Shown piece after piece: positions 1 through 9,600 of a DNA stretch of 64,000 nt. Position 1 is the first letter of the stretch; every line of letters starts with the position of its first letter. Under the pieces are notes generated by a model. The model was not told where the DNA came from, made no database searches, and was given only the letters and a program-made list of their open reading frames with translations. The stretch covers positions 3,533 to 67,532 of the forward strand of contig CBFGBH010000003.1 of the NCBI GenBank assembly GCA_965646995.1, read 5' to 3'. The position numbers and the translations under genes are program-made. Origin of the DNA: Candidatus Onthoplasma sp. GTDB lineage: Bacteria; Bacillota; Clostridia; Christensenellales; UBA1242.

Positions 1-3000
1 TGTTGATATATACTACTAAGATTTGGTAAGTATTATCATCATTTAATGTACTGATAGTCTTTCCTTCTATTTTGAGAATATAATCTTTTCTCACCCATTC
101 TACTATCTCGCCATTCTCTGTAATCTCAATAATCTTATAGATTACATTATTATTTGCGTCCTCTGCATTCTTGAATACATTGACTTTTGCAATCTCGCCA
201 CCTATCAAACCAGTAGCCTTGATAGTAACTTGCTTACCGAATGTAGGAGTTAAGCTAATTTCTAATTCATTAGTATCTTCGGCAAGGCTGATTGTAGTAG
301 TGCTAGCTTTATTATTTTCGATAGACAAATCTTCACTACTAGCTGTCCAGATTATGAAATCTCCGCCAGTCAAAGTGTTAGCTGTGATTTCTACATTAGT
401 TTCGCCAGCTATCATTATATAACTTGTCTCTTCGGCAATCGTAGCATCTATACCTGACTCTATTACTATTGATACATTAGAAGCATGTAGACTTGTTGAT
501 ATATCGGATGCTTCACTATTATTGCAGTTCGATAGACTTCCGCTCTTCGCTGTAACTGTGAATGCATAGTCTCCAGCTCCATGCGTACGTATGTATGGAA
601 CTAAATTTAGTTTGAGCGAAGTGGTAGTTAATGTCTCCACTAATTCATTATTTTTATATAATTTCACTTCATATGTCACTACTATACCACTCACTGACGA
701 CTCAGTCCAACTAGCAGTAGCAAGTTCTTCATTAGACCATTCACATGTGACTGATAATAATGTATTCTTAGTTACATTAAAACTAGTCGTAGGTGTAGTA
801 GCTGAATTATAGTTCGTAGACTGAGAAACTATCGCATAAATATAATATCTACCCACTGGAAGTATATTGGTAACATTAGTAAATGGAATTCCTTCGGTAT
901 TAGTATCTGTAGTATTATAATAATAAGTCACTGTCGCATTACCTAAATTGCCATTCACTGATGGTAATAATTGTGTATTGACATTTGAACCATATGTAAA
1001 ATCTGACATTGTGACTGTAGGAATAATATCTGCTCTATTAATCACAAAACTAGTCGTATCAGATGTAGATAAGCTGTAATTAGTAGTTTCCCCTACCACT
1101 GCGTACATATAATATGTACCTGCATTTAGTGAAGTAGCGTCTAATACATTAGACCATGCAGTGCCATTCAATGAGCTATTATTAGTGTTAAAATAATAAG
1201 TCACTGCTCCATTTTCTTTATTACCCGTAATAGTAGGCTCGCTCTTAGTATCAGCATAAGTATAGTCTAACATACTTACTTCAAGAGTACGAGTACCCTT
1301 AGTGATATTAAATGATTTGACTGAAGTAATAGCGGAATTATAGTTAGTAGTCTCTGCTATCGTAGCATAAATATAATAAGTACCCACATTCATACTAGTA
1401 GGAGTTATTTCACTAATAGGTGTACCGCCTGAATTAGAATTGGTAGTGTTAATATAATATTCCACACTTCCGTTACCATTATTACCAGATACACTTGGAG
1501 TAGATACTGCTGAATCATATGCATAATCTTCAAAATTCACTAATGGAGAGAGATCTGCTTTATTGATAGTTAATGACACACTGCCTGTCACATCATTATA
1601 TCCAGGACAAGTCACTCTATAATAAACTGTCTTGCTTCCTGCGTCAGTTAGACTGCCTATTTCGTATCTCGTATTAGCCTCTCCATTAGATGTCGCTGTG
1701 ATACCATAGGCTGTAGTAGCACCATATTCAACTTTGAACCCTACTATAGAAGTCCTAACATATAGTTTTTTAGCCGTGCCGTCAAATGTATATACTCCTG
1801 AGCCATCCGGTATTACATTAAATGAACCTTTAGATACATTGACAGTGATATCTGAAGTTGCGCTAGTATAATAAGTGGTCTCAGCAGAAGTTAGTCTAAT
1901 AATTCCACTACCAGCACTTGGTTTTGATGTAATAGCCACTGTACCACTTCTACCTCCTGTGCCCGATTCTACATTTGCTGTAGCACTGGCAATATTAGAA
2001 TTAAGTGATTGAGCAGAAACACTTCCACCATGCCCGTCCCAAGACACTATCGTACTATTAGGATATGTCAGGCTAACATTGGTCTTAGACGGATTAATAT
2101 AGCCTGTAGCTTTATAGACTGTGAATTGCTTTTCTATGCTAGTAAGTTTATCATTATAACCATTTGTAGTAAGCCCTGCAATAATATAATATGTACCAGG
2201 GGTTAAATATGTAGAGCTAGTTACATTTGACCAATAATATGTGGTCGAAGATGATGAACTTCTATATTTCCAACTAACTGTTGAACTCCACCATGTAGAA
2301 GATAAATCAGATATAGTAGGCTCACTCATAGTGCCTAAATAAGTATAATCACTCATATTGATAGTAGGTAGTTTTGCCCACACCGCATACAAATAATATG
2401 TGCCAACTGAACTGGTTACTGGCATACTATAAGAATATCTTATTCCATCAGTAGCAGAACTACTCGAAGCCCAACCATTAAAGAAATAGCCAGTTCTATA
2501 TACATCGGTAGGTGTGGATATATTTACAGATACATAATTACCCCACGTACCATAAGAGACTGTAGTTCTCTGAGCACCATTCATACTAGTATATGTGGTT
2601 TCAGTGTTTGTTCTGGTTCTAGTTCTAGTAATTGGACTAGAGATTGTCGTAGATGAAGAGCTATTGAATTTACCACCATTAGCATTAAAGGTAACTGTCT
2701 GACTAGCCGTGCCGGTCTCTGTCTTGGCCACACCCCCATTTGTCCAGACTGGATAGTACCATTGACCATCAGTGTCGCTAATATATACAGATTCGCCTTT
2801 ATTATGATTATGATAAGTAGACGATTGGTTTTGATTGAAACCATGGAGTGTACCATAAGAACTTCCATATGAACCTTCTGAAGATGGTAATTTGACTCTA
2901 TCCATCCATAATCTATACTCAATCTGTGCGCCAGAAGTTGACGACCACCACTGAATACCAAACTGAATAGAAGGGTAATAGATATTATGACTATTAGCAG

Positions 3001-5329
3001 ACCACGCATATCCGTCGCCATTTATAGTATTATCATGAAGATGACTTACGTAAGCTGTAGCACAACTAAATGAACCTTTATTATCTAGATAGTTAAATGT
3101 ATCATTCCCAGAACTAGAAGTCGCTGAAGTGGCAGTTTCATCATAGATATACATAATTCCACCGCCATATGATGTAGCTTTATTATGTTGTACTGTGCCA
3201 TTAGAGCCAATTTCAATACCTTGAGTACCTGCGTGACCAGCTACACATATTCCTCCTCCATATTTTGCGGTATTATGGAGAACATTACCATAAGATAAAG
3301 TAACTTTTCCTCTACAGAATACTCCACCACCTGAATAGTTTGCAGTACAATAACTTATATGAGCATTAGATGTTATGCTAATATAAACTCTATCTGCACT
3401 ACCAGTATCATTATCGGTAGCTGCTAAGCCACCGCCAAAGTCTGCACTACAACTACTAATTGTTCCTGCGCCATATGTGAGAGTAGCATTGCCATACCAT
3501 GTATGTAGACAGCACCCTCCGCCATAAGATTTATTCTTGTCAGGGTTCCACACCTTAGTGACGCCTGAGCAATTACTATAATTTGAACTTGTACTAAAAC
3601 TATTTTTACTATCTTTACCACTTAGAGGTCTAACTGTTGACTTGAGTCCATGACGAGTAGCGAGCTCTCTAGCTAGTGTAACATCTACCATATCTTGAGC
3701 TAAATCGTCTGAGAAATATGAGCCTGAACCTGAACAATAAGAAATCTCTAGATTATTTACCTCGGCATTGGTTCTAACTATCGATGTACCGCCACCATAT
3801 TGAGCGTGACAATTAATGATAGTACCTCCGTGAAGAACGACAGTCTTGTCTTCCTCTGCCCCGGTCTCTACATCTAATAAGAATACTCCGCCTCCGTAAT
3901 GGGTGCCATTATTATTCACATTGTTCTGTAGGGTGACATTGCTATACATGGTAAAGTCTTTACCTACGCTATATACCAATGAACCTGTCAACTTGCCCTG
4001 ATACTCTACTCGCTCTTTCTCTCCGTCTAGGATTAATTTCGGTGTATTAGATGCCGGAGTGATTAGATTGCCTTCTTTATCATACTCAGCTGGAGTACTT
4101 GTACTATCTCCTAGTGTCAGAGTAGAGCCTGCTTCGCCTACCACCATATTAGCTGGAGTATTATTACCACGAACGATAGTAGTCTCTACTGCGGTATTGA
4201 GTGTAATATTCGAACCACTAACTGCTGTAGCCTCTTCTTCTAAATAAATTTTCTCTACTATAATATTAATCTCTGCGGTCTCTAGGTTACCTACTTCGGC
4301 GAATGCGCCTGATATCGAGATATTATTAGTCGGAGTAGAAACTCCATCTTTAACTATCACAGACTCATAACCTGAACCTGTCATGAAAACTTTATTGAAC
4401 AAACTTAGTACCGGAAGAGAAAAGTCGAGTCTAGTACTGCCATCTCTATATGTATAATCGTTCCATGTATGAGTTAGATCATAGTCTTTTGTATAGTCCC
4501 ATAAAGTGAATTGATTTTTATTCGGGTTTGATAGTACACTTGTTAAATCAATTATATTATTATCTACTGCTCTCTTCGCTCCTGTGTAATAACAATTGTC
4601 TAGAGTTAGGCTATCGTCAGCATTACCTACTAGTCCTGATACACTAGTACCACTCAATGTAAGAGAAGCAAATGAATTGGTAATGTGGGTGTTAGTTATG
4701 CTCTTACCTATTAGTCCGCCTACAATGTCTCCATTTAATTCGCCTAGTCTAGCGTAGGTATTAGAGAGCAAAGTATTCTCTGCTGTACCTACTAAAGCAC
4801 CTAGGTATTGAGACTCTGTAGTAATATTCACATTATACAAGCCTAGATTCTTAATCTCGGCATTTTTAGTATTCGCGAATAGTCCTGTACCGCGGATTTT
4901 CGCATTGAATATTGTATAATATGAGCCGTCAAAAGTTCCTTCAAAATTCTGTATAGCATCTATCTCCTGTCCATTTAAGTCAATGTTAGAATTAAGATAT
5001 ACAATAGTATTTTTAAAGTTATTTCTTTTTGCTAGTTCTGTTTCGTTATTCGTGAGATTAATGAAGTTGACAAATTCTTCTGCACTATTGATAGTAAATG
5101 TACCTGTGCCACGCTTAGCAAAGGTAGATGATGTCTGCCAAGCATTAGAGTCACTCTCTCCATCCCACTTGTCTATAGACCATGATAGGTTATCTATAAA
5201 AGACTTAGGTGGAGTACGCTTACCACCTAATACGCTACCTATTATGGTTATCACAAGCATCAGCACTAATAGTACACTTGCGCTGATATTTAGTGCCATT
5301 TTTGTGCTTTTCTTCGTTATTTTCTTCAT
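1..5329 (-). CDS. Giant cell-surface protein, N-terminal 1776 aa only (gene runs off the left window edge). Contains a signal-anchor, a GLUG-type module, a GGG-rich beta-helix region, a Listeria-Bacteroides-type repeat and at least 5 MBG-like ~85-aa repeats.
   Basis: Absent from the ORF track because there is no stop inside the window. My own reverse-strand translation starts at ATG 5329-5327, with an AGGGGGA SD 8 nt upstream. It reads MKKITKKSTKMALNISASVLLVLMLVITIIGSVLGGKRTPPKSF... and I saw no stop down to nt 2. Several stretches were checked codon by codon, the rest by eye. No same-frame ORF fragments are listed in the track, which fits one open frame. Motifs seen: FEGTFDGSYYTIFN...GLFANTKNAEIKNLG...GALVG/GGLIG/SGLVG; YGGGTSI/YGGGCCL/FGGGLAA/YSGGGVF/YGGGICV/YGGGIMY; TVTFNANGGKF...RTGYFFNGW...YLYAVWA; and repeated DYTY...GTYYIYA...ETTNYNS...SFNITK units. 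Confidence 0.8.
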   Translation of the reverse strand, partial: MKKITKKSTKMALNISASVLLVLMLVITIIGSVLGGKRTPPKSFIDNLSWSIDKWDGESDSNAWQTSSTFAKRGTGTFTINSAEEFVNFINLTNNETELAKRNNFKNTIVYLNSNIDLNGQEIDAIQNFEGTFDGSYYTIFNAKIRGTGLFANTKNAEIKNLGLYNVNITTESQYLGALVGTAENTLLSNTYARLGELNGDIVGGLIGKSITNTHITNSFASLTLSGTSVSGLVGNADDSLTLDNCYYTGAKRAVDNNIIDLTSVLSNPNKNQFTLWDYTKDYDLTHTWNDYTYRDGSTRLDFSLPVLSLFNKVFMTGSGYESVIVKDGVSTPTNNISISGAFAEVGNLETAEINIIVEKIYLEEEATAVSGSNITLNTAVETTIVRGNNTPANMVVGEAGSTLTLGDSTSTPAEYDKEGNLITPASNTPKLILDGEKERVEYQGKLTGSLVYSVGKDFTMYSNVTLQNNVNNNGTHYGGGVFLLDVETGAEEDKTVVLHGGTIINCHAQYGGGTSIVRTNAEVNNLEISYCSGSGSYFSDDLAQDMVDVTLARELATRHGLKSTVRPLSGKDSKNSFSTSSNYSNCSGVTKVWNPDKNKSYGGGCCLHTWYGNATLTYGAGTISSCSADFGGGLAATDNDTGSADRVYISITSNAHISYCTANYSGGGVFCRGKVTLSYGNVLHNTAKYGGGICVAGHAGTQGIEIGSNGTVQHNKATSYGGGIMYIYDETATSATSSSGNDTFNYLDNKGSFSCATAYVSHLHDNTINGDGYAWSANSHNIYYPSIQFGIQWWSSTSGAQIEYRLWMDRVKLPSSEGSYGSSYGTLHGFNQNQSSTYHNHNKGESVYISDTDGQWYYPVWTNGGVAKTETGTASQTVTFNANGGKFNSSSSTTISSPITRTRTRTNTETTYTSMNGAQRTTVSYGTWGNYVSVNISTPTDVYRTGYFFNGWASSSSATDGIRYSYSMPVTSSVGTYYLYAVWAKLPTINMSDYTYLGTMSEPTISDLSSTWWSSTVSWKYRSSSSSTTYYWSNVTSSTYLTPGTYYIIAGLTTNGYNDKLTSIEKQFTVYKATGYINPSKTNVSLTYPNSTIVSWDGHGGSVSAQSLNSNIASATANVESGTGGRSGTVAITSKPSAGSGIIRLTSAETTYYTSATSDITVNVSKGSFNVIPDGSGVYTFDGTAKKLYVRTSIVGFKVEYGATTAYGITATSNGEANTRYEIGSLTDAGSKTVYYRVTCPGYNDVTGSVSLTINKADLSPLVNFEDYAYDSAVSTPSVSGNNGNGSVEYYINTTNSNSGGTPISEITPTSMNVGTYYIYATIAETTNYNSAITSVKSFNITKGTRTLEVSMLDYTYADTKSEPTITGNKENGAVTYYFNTNNSSLNGTAWSNVLDATSLNAGTYYMYAVVGETTNYSLSTSDTTSFVINRADIIPTVTMSDFTYGSNVNTQLLPSVNGNLGNATVTYYYNTTDTNTEGIPFTNVTNILPVGRYYIYAIVSQSTNYNSATTPTTSFNVTKNTLLSVTCEWSNEELATASWTESSVSGIVVTYEVKLYKNNELVETLTTTSLKLNLVPYIRTHGAGDYAFTVTAKSGSLSNCNNSEASDISTSLHASNVSIVIESGIDATIAEETSYIMIAGETNVEITANTLTGGDFIIWTASSEDLSIENNKASTTTISLAEDTNELEISLTPTFGKQVTIKATGLIGGEIAKVNVFKNAEDANNNVIYKIIEITENGEIVEWVRKDYILKIEGKTISTLNDDNTYQILVVYIN

Positions 5330-5510
5330 TCAATTTATCCCCCTAAAATGAATAATCGTCTAGTGAATGTTGTATTAAAGTTTAAACTTTATTAATTTAA
5401 TAAATTTTAATGCTAGGATTTAAAAATTTATATAATATAGTTTACTCTTTTTCGACAAAAAAACAAAACAATTCATAATAATATTTGCAACAATTTGTCA
5501 TTTTTACCCC

Positions 5511-5539
5511 TTGACAAGTGACTATTTCTGTGATAGAAT
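5511..5539 (+). promoter_or_regulatory. Sigma-70-type promoter for the 5570 lipoprotein gene
   Basis: TTGACA (5511-5516), 17-nt spacer, TAGAAT (5534-5539) with TG at -15/-14. AGGAGA SD lies before ATG 5570. Confidence 0.55.
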
Positions 5540-5569
5540 GTTTAGACTTTTATTAATTAGGAGAAAATT

Positions 5570-6553
5570 ATGGAAAAAAATAAACCTAATCTATTAGTGA
5601 GATTATTCAATAAAATTAAAAATGCATGGAAAAATAACAAAATCGTGAAGCGTGTGGCTACTCTCGTCATCGCAGGAGCTCTCAGCACTACACTTATGTT
5701 CGGTTGTTCACCTAAGTCTACTCCGGGTCCCGGTCCTGGCCCTGGACCAAATCCATCTAGTAAGTACAGCACCATCCTCGAGAATGTATTGAAAGATGAG
5801 TACTATAATGGGCTGATTGATGCAGCGAAAGAAGACGATGAATTATATCGTTCTGCAAAATTTGACCCACATCCATATGCTTTCTTGAAAAGTAAGGGGC
5901 ATAATGTGGATAAAATCAAATCTGGCGATTTGAAATGTAGAACAGTATCTTATGTAAAAGAAGATGAACCTAATAATCTATATATGATGACTTATGTAGA
6001 GAATGAAGCTAGCGACCCATACTACACTGAATATATGTTAAAATACACCTTGACTGAACAAGAAATGAAAGACTATGCTTTCCTTCATAAAGATGGCTCT
6101 AACTATTATATACAGGCAGTGTTTATGAATGATGAAATCTCAGAGAGCAAAAAGGCTACAATTCTCGGCGAAACCAAGATGAATGTAGAGGCTCATGATG
6201 AGATGATGGGAAGTATGCAAACTACTGGAAAAATAAAAGACCATTATAAATCCACAAGAGTTGATTTAATATTAAAAAACTTTAATGAGAAAAAGCAAGA
6301 ATTTCAGGTCGTTGTTTTTCCAAAAATTTCTAACAATACTGAAATGATAAAAAATGAAATACTATTTGAATTTTCATTAACTGCAGGCTTATCAGAATTA
6401 AAAATTAAAAACAATATATTTTATGGACCAAATTTAAATCGTCAATATCTTATCAATCATGATTTAGATGCTAATACTAATGTAAAATTTTATCATTCAC
6501 AAGACACTATACTAGGCAATATTTATACGCAAGATTTTGAAATGAGTTTATAA
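5570..6553 (+). CDS. Hypothetical lipoprotein (327 aa) with a (Pro-Gly) linker after the lipobox
   Basis: ORF track. AGGAGAAAATT precedes the ATG. The N-terminus KRVATLVIAGALSTTLMFGC has a signal h-region plus Cys, followed by SPKSTPGPGPGPGPNPSS. Confidence 0.75.
   Translation: MEKNKPNLLVRLFNKIKNAWKNNKIVKRVATLVIAGALSTTLMFGCSPKSTPGPGPGPGPNPSSKYSTILENVLKDEYYNGLIDAAKEDDELYRSAKFDPHPYAFLKSKGHNVDKIKSGDLKCRTVSYVKEDEPNNLYMMTYVENEASDPYYTEYMLKYTLTEQEMKDYAFLHKDGSNYYIQAVFMNDEISESKKATILGETKMNVEAHDEMMGSMQTTGKIKDHYKSTRVDLILKNFNEKKQEFQVVVFPKISNNTEMIKNEILFEFSLTAGLSELKIKNNIFYGPNLNRQYLINHDLDANTNVKFYHSQDTILGNIYTQDFEMSL
5723..5749 (+). repeat. GC-rich (CCN GGN)4-CCN microsatellite-like tract encoding PGPGPGPGP
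   Basis: ccgggtcccggtcctggccctggacca read directly. It stands out against AT-rich surroundings. Confidence 0.8.
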
Positions 6554-6632
6554 TCATATTTCCTGCAATTTTATCTCATTTCATAAAAAAACAAAATTCT
6601 AATAAATATATATTTTATTATTATATTCAATT

Positions 6633-6662
6633 AAAAAAATCATGCGTTTGCATGATTTTTTC
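6633..6662. terminator. Bidirectional intrinsic terminator between convergent genes
   Basis: A-tract, ATCATGC (6639-6645), loop GTTT, GCATGAT (6650-6656), then T-tract. It sits between the stop of the 5570-6553 gene and the stop of the 6819-aa gene (6663). Confidence 0.8.
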
Positions 6663-9600
6663 TTAATCTATCTTAATAATTCCTGGTTTGATGCTACCGG
6701 CCGTTCCTGTACTTCCTGCAAGGTGTTTCAATATATTACCACCACTGAGAGTGACTTGTACACGCTCAACAAAGTAAGTAGGTTTACCATTATTAATAGA
6801 TGTTTTACCAGATTCCGGTAATAAACTATTGCTATCCCAGACACCATCAACATCGGTAAAATCTAAATTTGTAGGATTGCCATTGAAAATATATTTATAA
6901 CGTGAATATAAATCAAAAGTAGAATTTATTAAGTATTTGTTATAATTATAAGATTTAATTTGAGCGGTTTGATTTGAACCATAACTCATAGTCATATAGT
7001 ATAGTAAGCCGTCGCTTTTCTCTGTACCACTATTTTCACCACCGACTACATAAGAAGTGTTGAGTTTATATAGAATTGTTCCATTTTCCTTACCATTTTC
7101 TGTGCGATAATCTGTCTCTAGTTTTGCACCGCTTAAGTAATACCCTTTTAAATCTACATAGTGTTCAGCTATGCTCGTATATTTAAATGCTTTTATAGTA
7201 GTGTTTTCATCTATTGTGACGTCTTCTATTCCTGGAGCGTTAGTAATAGCTGCACCATTTTCATCTGTCAAACGAACATAGTCATTTTTGTTAACTCTGA
7301 TAAATACTTCATCAATATAATTATCTTTATCATTTTCATCAATTAATCTATCCACATAATATCCACCTTCAAATAGGTAATATGTCACATTATGAGGTAC
7401 ACCCGATTCTGAAGAATATATATAATAGTTATTATCTTGGCTATTAGGAATTTCAGACTTATAAGGATTTATAAATGATGTAGGATAAATGATAATCTTG
7501 ATTTTTTCCTTATCGGTGTAACCAACAAACGAAGAATTCTTATTAAATATCATATCTTCAGTATAATCTGCATATGACCACCCGGTAATGACTTCTTCTC
7601 CAATCTTTTCTATCTCAAAATAAACATCTTCATATGTAATTACCGTTTTATCATCTATTACCTGTTTAATCTCTTCCTTTAGCCTTAAATAATTTGAACC
7701 TCGATATTTATCAAAGTCTTCGGGTTTTGAGTCTAGTCTTCTATATGTAGCGTAATTTTTTAGATTTCCATCTTCGAATTTTATACCATTAGCAGTATAA
7801 TATGCTCCGTACATATATTCATAGCCTTCCATGAAATTCTCTTTGTTGTCATTATTAATAGTATTTGAATATGTAAAAGTTCTGAGCTGAACATTCTCTA
7901 CTTTCTTTGCATCTAGTGTGGCATTATTGATAGTATATTTTTCACCTGATTTCTTCACTAGATTGCCTGGGAAGCCGTCAACATTATATTCACCATTAAA
8001 GAAACTACCATATACATATATATTATTATTCCCATCGCTATCTATATCTGAGAAATAATATTTTATACCTTTATACGCATCACCATCTTCATCTTCGGGT
8101 GGTTCAAAGAATGCTGTAGTACGCTGGTATGATACGCTTCCTGAGAGATTATTTATCCAATACATTCCGTCTTTATACAAATAATTGTCATATAGTATAA
8201 AGATGCCATCTAAGCCTGTAAATTGACACAATGTCACATTTACTTCATCTCCATCTGATATCCATTTTACTGAAGCATAGCCTGTAATATCGTTAAGCGA
8301 TTTTGGATATGTTGATGCACCTAGATCTAAATCAATATCCTCTTCTTCTAATGTTACAACTGTAGAAGTTTTATTTTCGGTGAAAGCAATCTTTTTCAGA
8401 CCTTCTTCAGTAAGCTCTACTTTAACGCCAAGATATCTATGAGTGACATAATCTGCTGGTCTATTATATGAGTAGAATGTCATCTCTTGACCATCATCTG
8501 TTGTGAATGAATCATCGAGTTGAGCAATATTATACACTTTATCATTGGTACTATTCTTATTATAGTATATTTCTCTAGAATAGACACTAGACAGATAACC
8601 GAAATTTCTATCTGGTTCTTTAAAATACTGTGACTCACTCGTGCCAGCTGAGTATATTTTAGTAGCGCTATATAGAGCTATACATGTGAATAAAGCTATA
8701 AATTTGTTGGCATTCTTAGCTATGAATTTTCCAGTTGCCTTTGCTGCTTTTGCTAATAGCTTTTTCGCTCCTTGTTTTGCCATTGCTTTTCCTGTCTCTT
8801 TAGCAACACCTTTTGCAAGTTGTTTAGCTCCTTCTTTCATTAATGAAGTGGCAGCAGTACCTGTTCCTGCTGTAGCCACCGCTATAGTAATATCTATAAC
8901 TAAAGCTCCTACAAAAGTACCTACTGCAAACCAATCAATGGCGCCAGCATTTTCTCTCGTAATTTGTGCATTTTTACTAATATATCCAGTGACTTCAAAT
9001 AACAATCCTGACTGTGGTAATTCATGATCTGTAATACCGCCTAGACTACCAGAAACTTTATCATTTCCTGTTTTACCATTATCATAGGTCAATCCATTAG
9101 CCGATTCATTCTCAAATACAGTTTGGAATACAAAGTATGCTCCTTTGCTACTTGAATACTTTGCATCACCTTCATTAGATTCATCTCCAGCCAAGTAACC
9201 TTTTACAAAATACGATATGTAAGTCGAATTATTCTTTTTACCATCTTGATTATTTACGAATGTTCTATGGTTATTTCCATTACTTAAAGTTGCATACTTC
9301 GTCCATTCACCTTTTGATCCCCATTCGAAATAGGTTAACCCATTAAGATTTTTTCCATTATTACTATGATTTGCATCAATATAATAATCTTCTAATGGAC
9401 TCTCGTTAATAAATGCACCCCATAACCATTCACCTACATTTGCTTTACTATCCGTCAGAGTCTCGTATAATGGTGTCTCTTCTTTCAATATATCATTTCC
9501 TTCTGAGTCCTTTTTATAATCATCCTTAGTTACTTGATGATATCTAGGAGTAGCGATACCAATTGGACTGTAAAGTTTCGGACTTCCTGGTTCCTCTTCA

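Noticed and set aside
171-5351. Short ORFs listed in the track over the first 5.3 kb (171-422, 591-812, 2009-2206, 2581-3021, 3424-3621, 4059-4247, 4983-5351).
   Set aside because: All lie inside or antisense to the long open minus-strand frame starting at 5329. They have no SD and implausible low-complexity translations. The real gene is the edge-truncated giant ORF.
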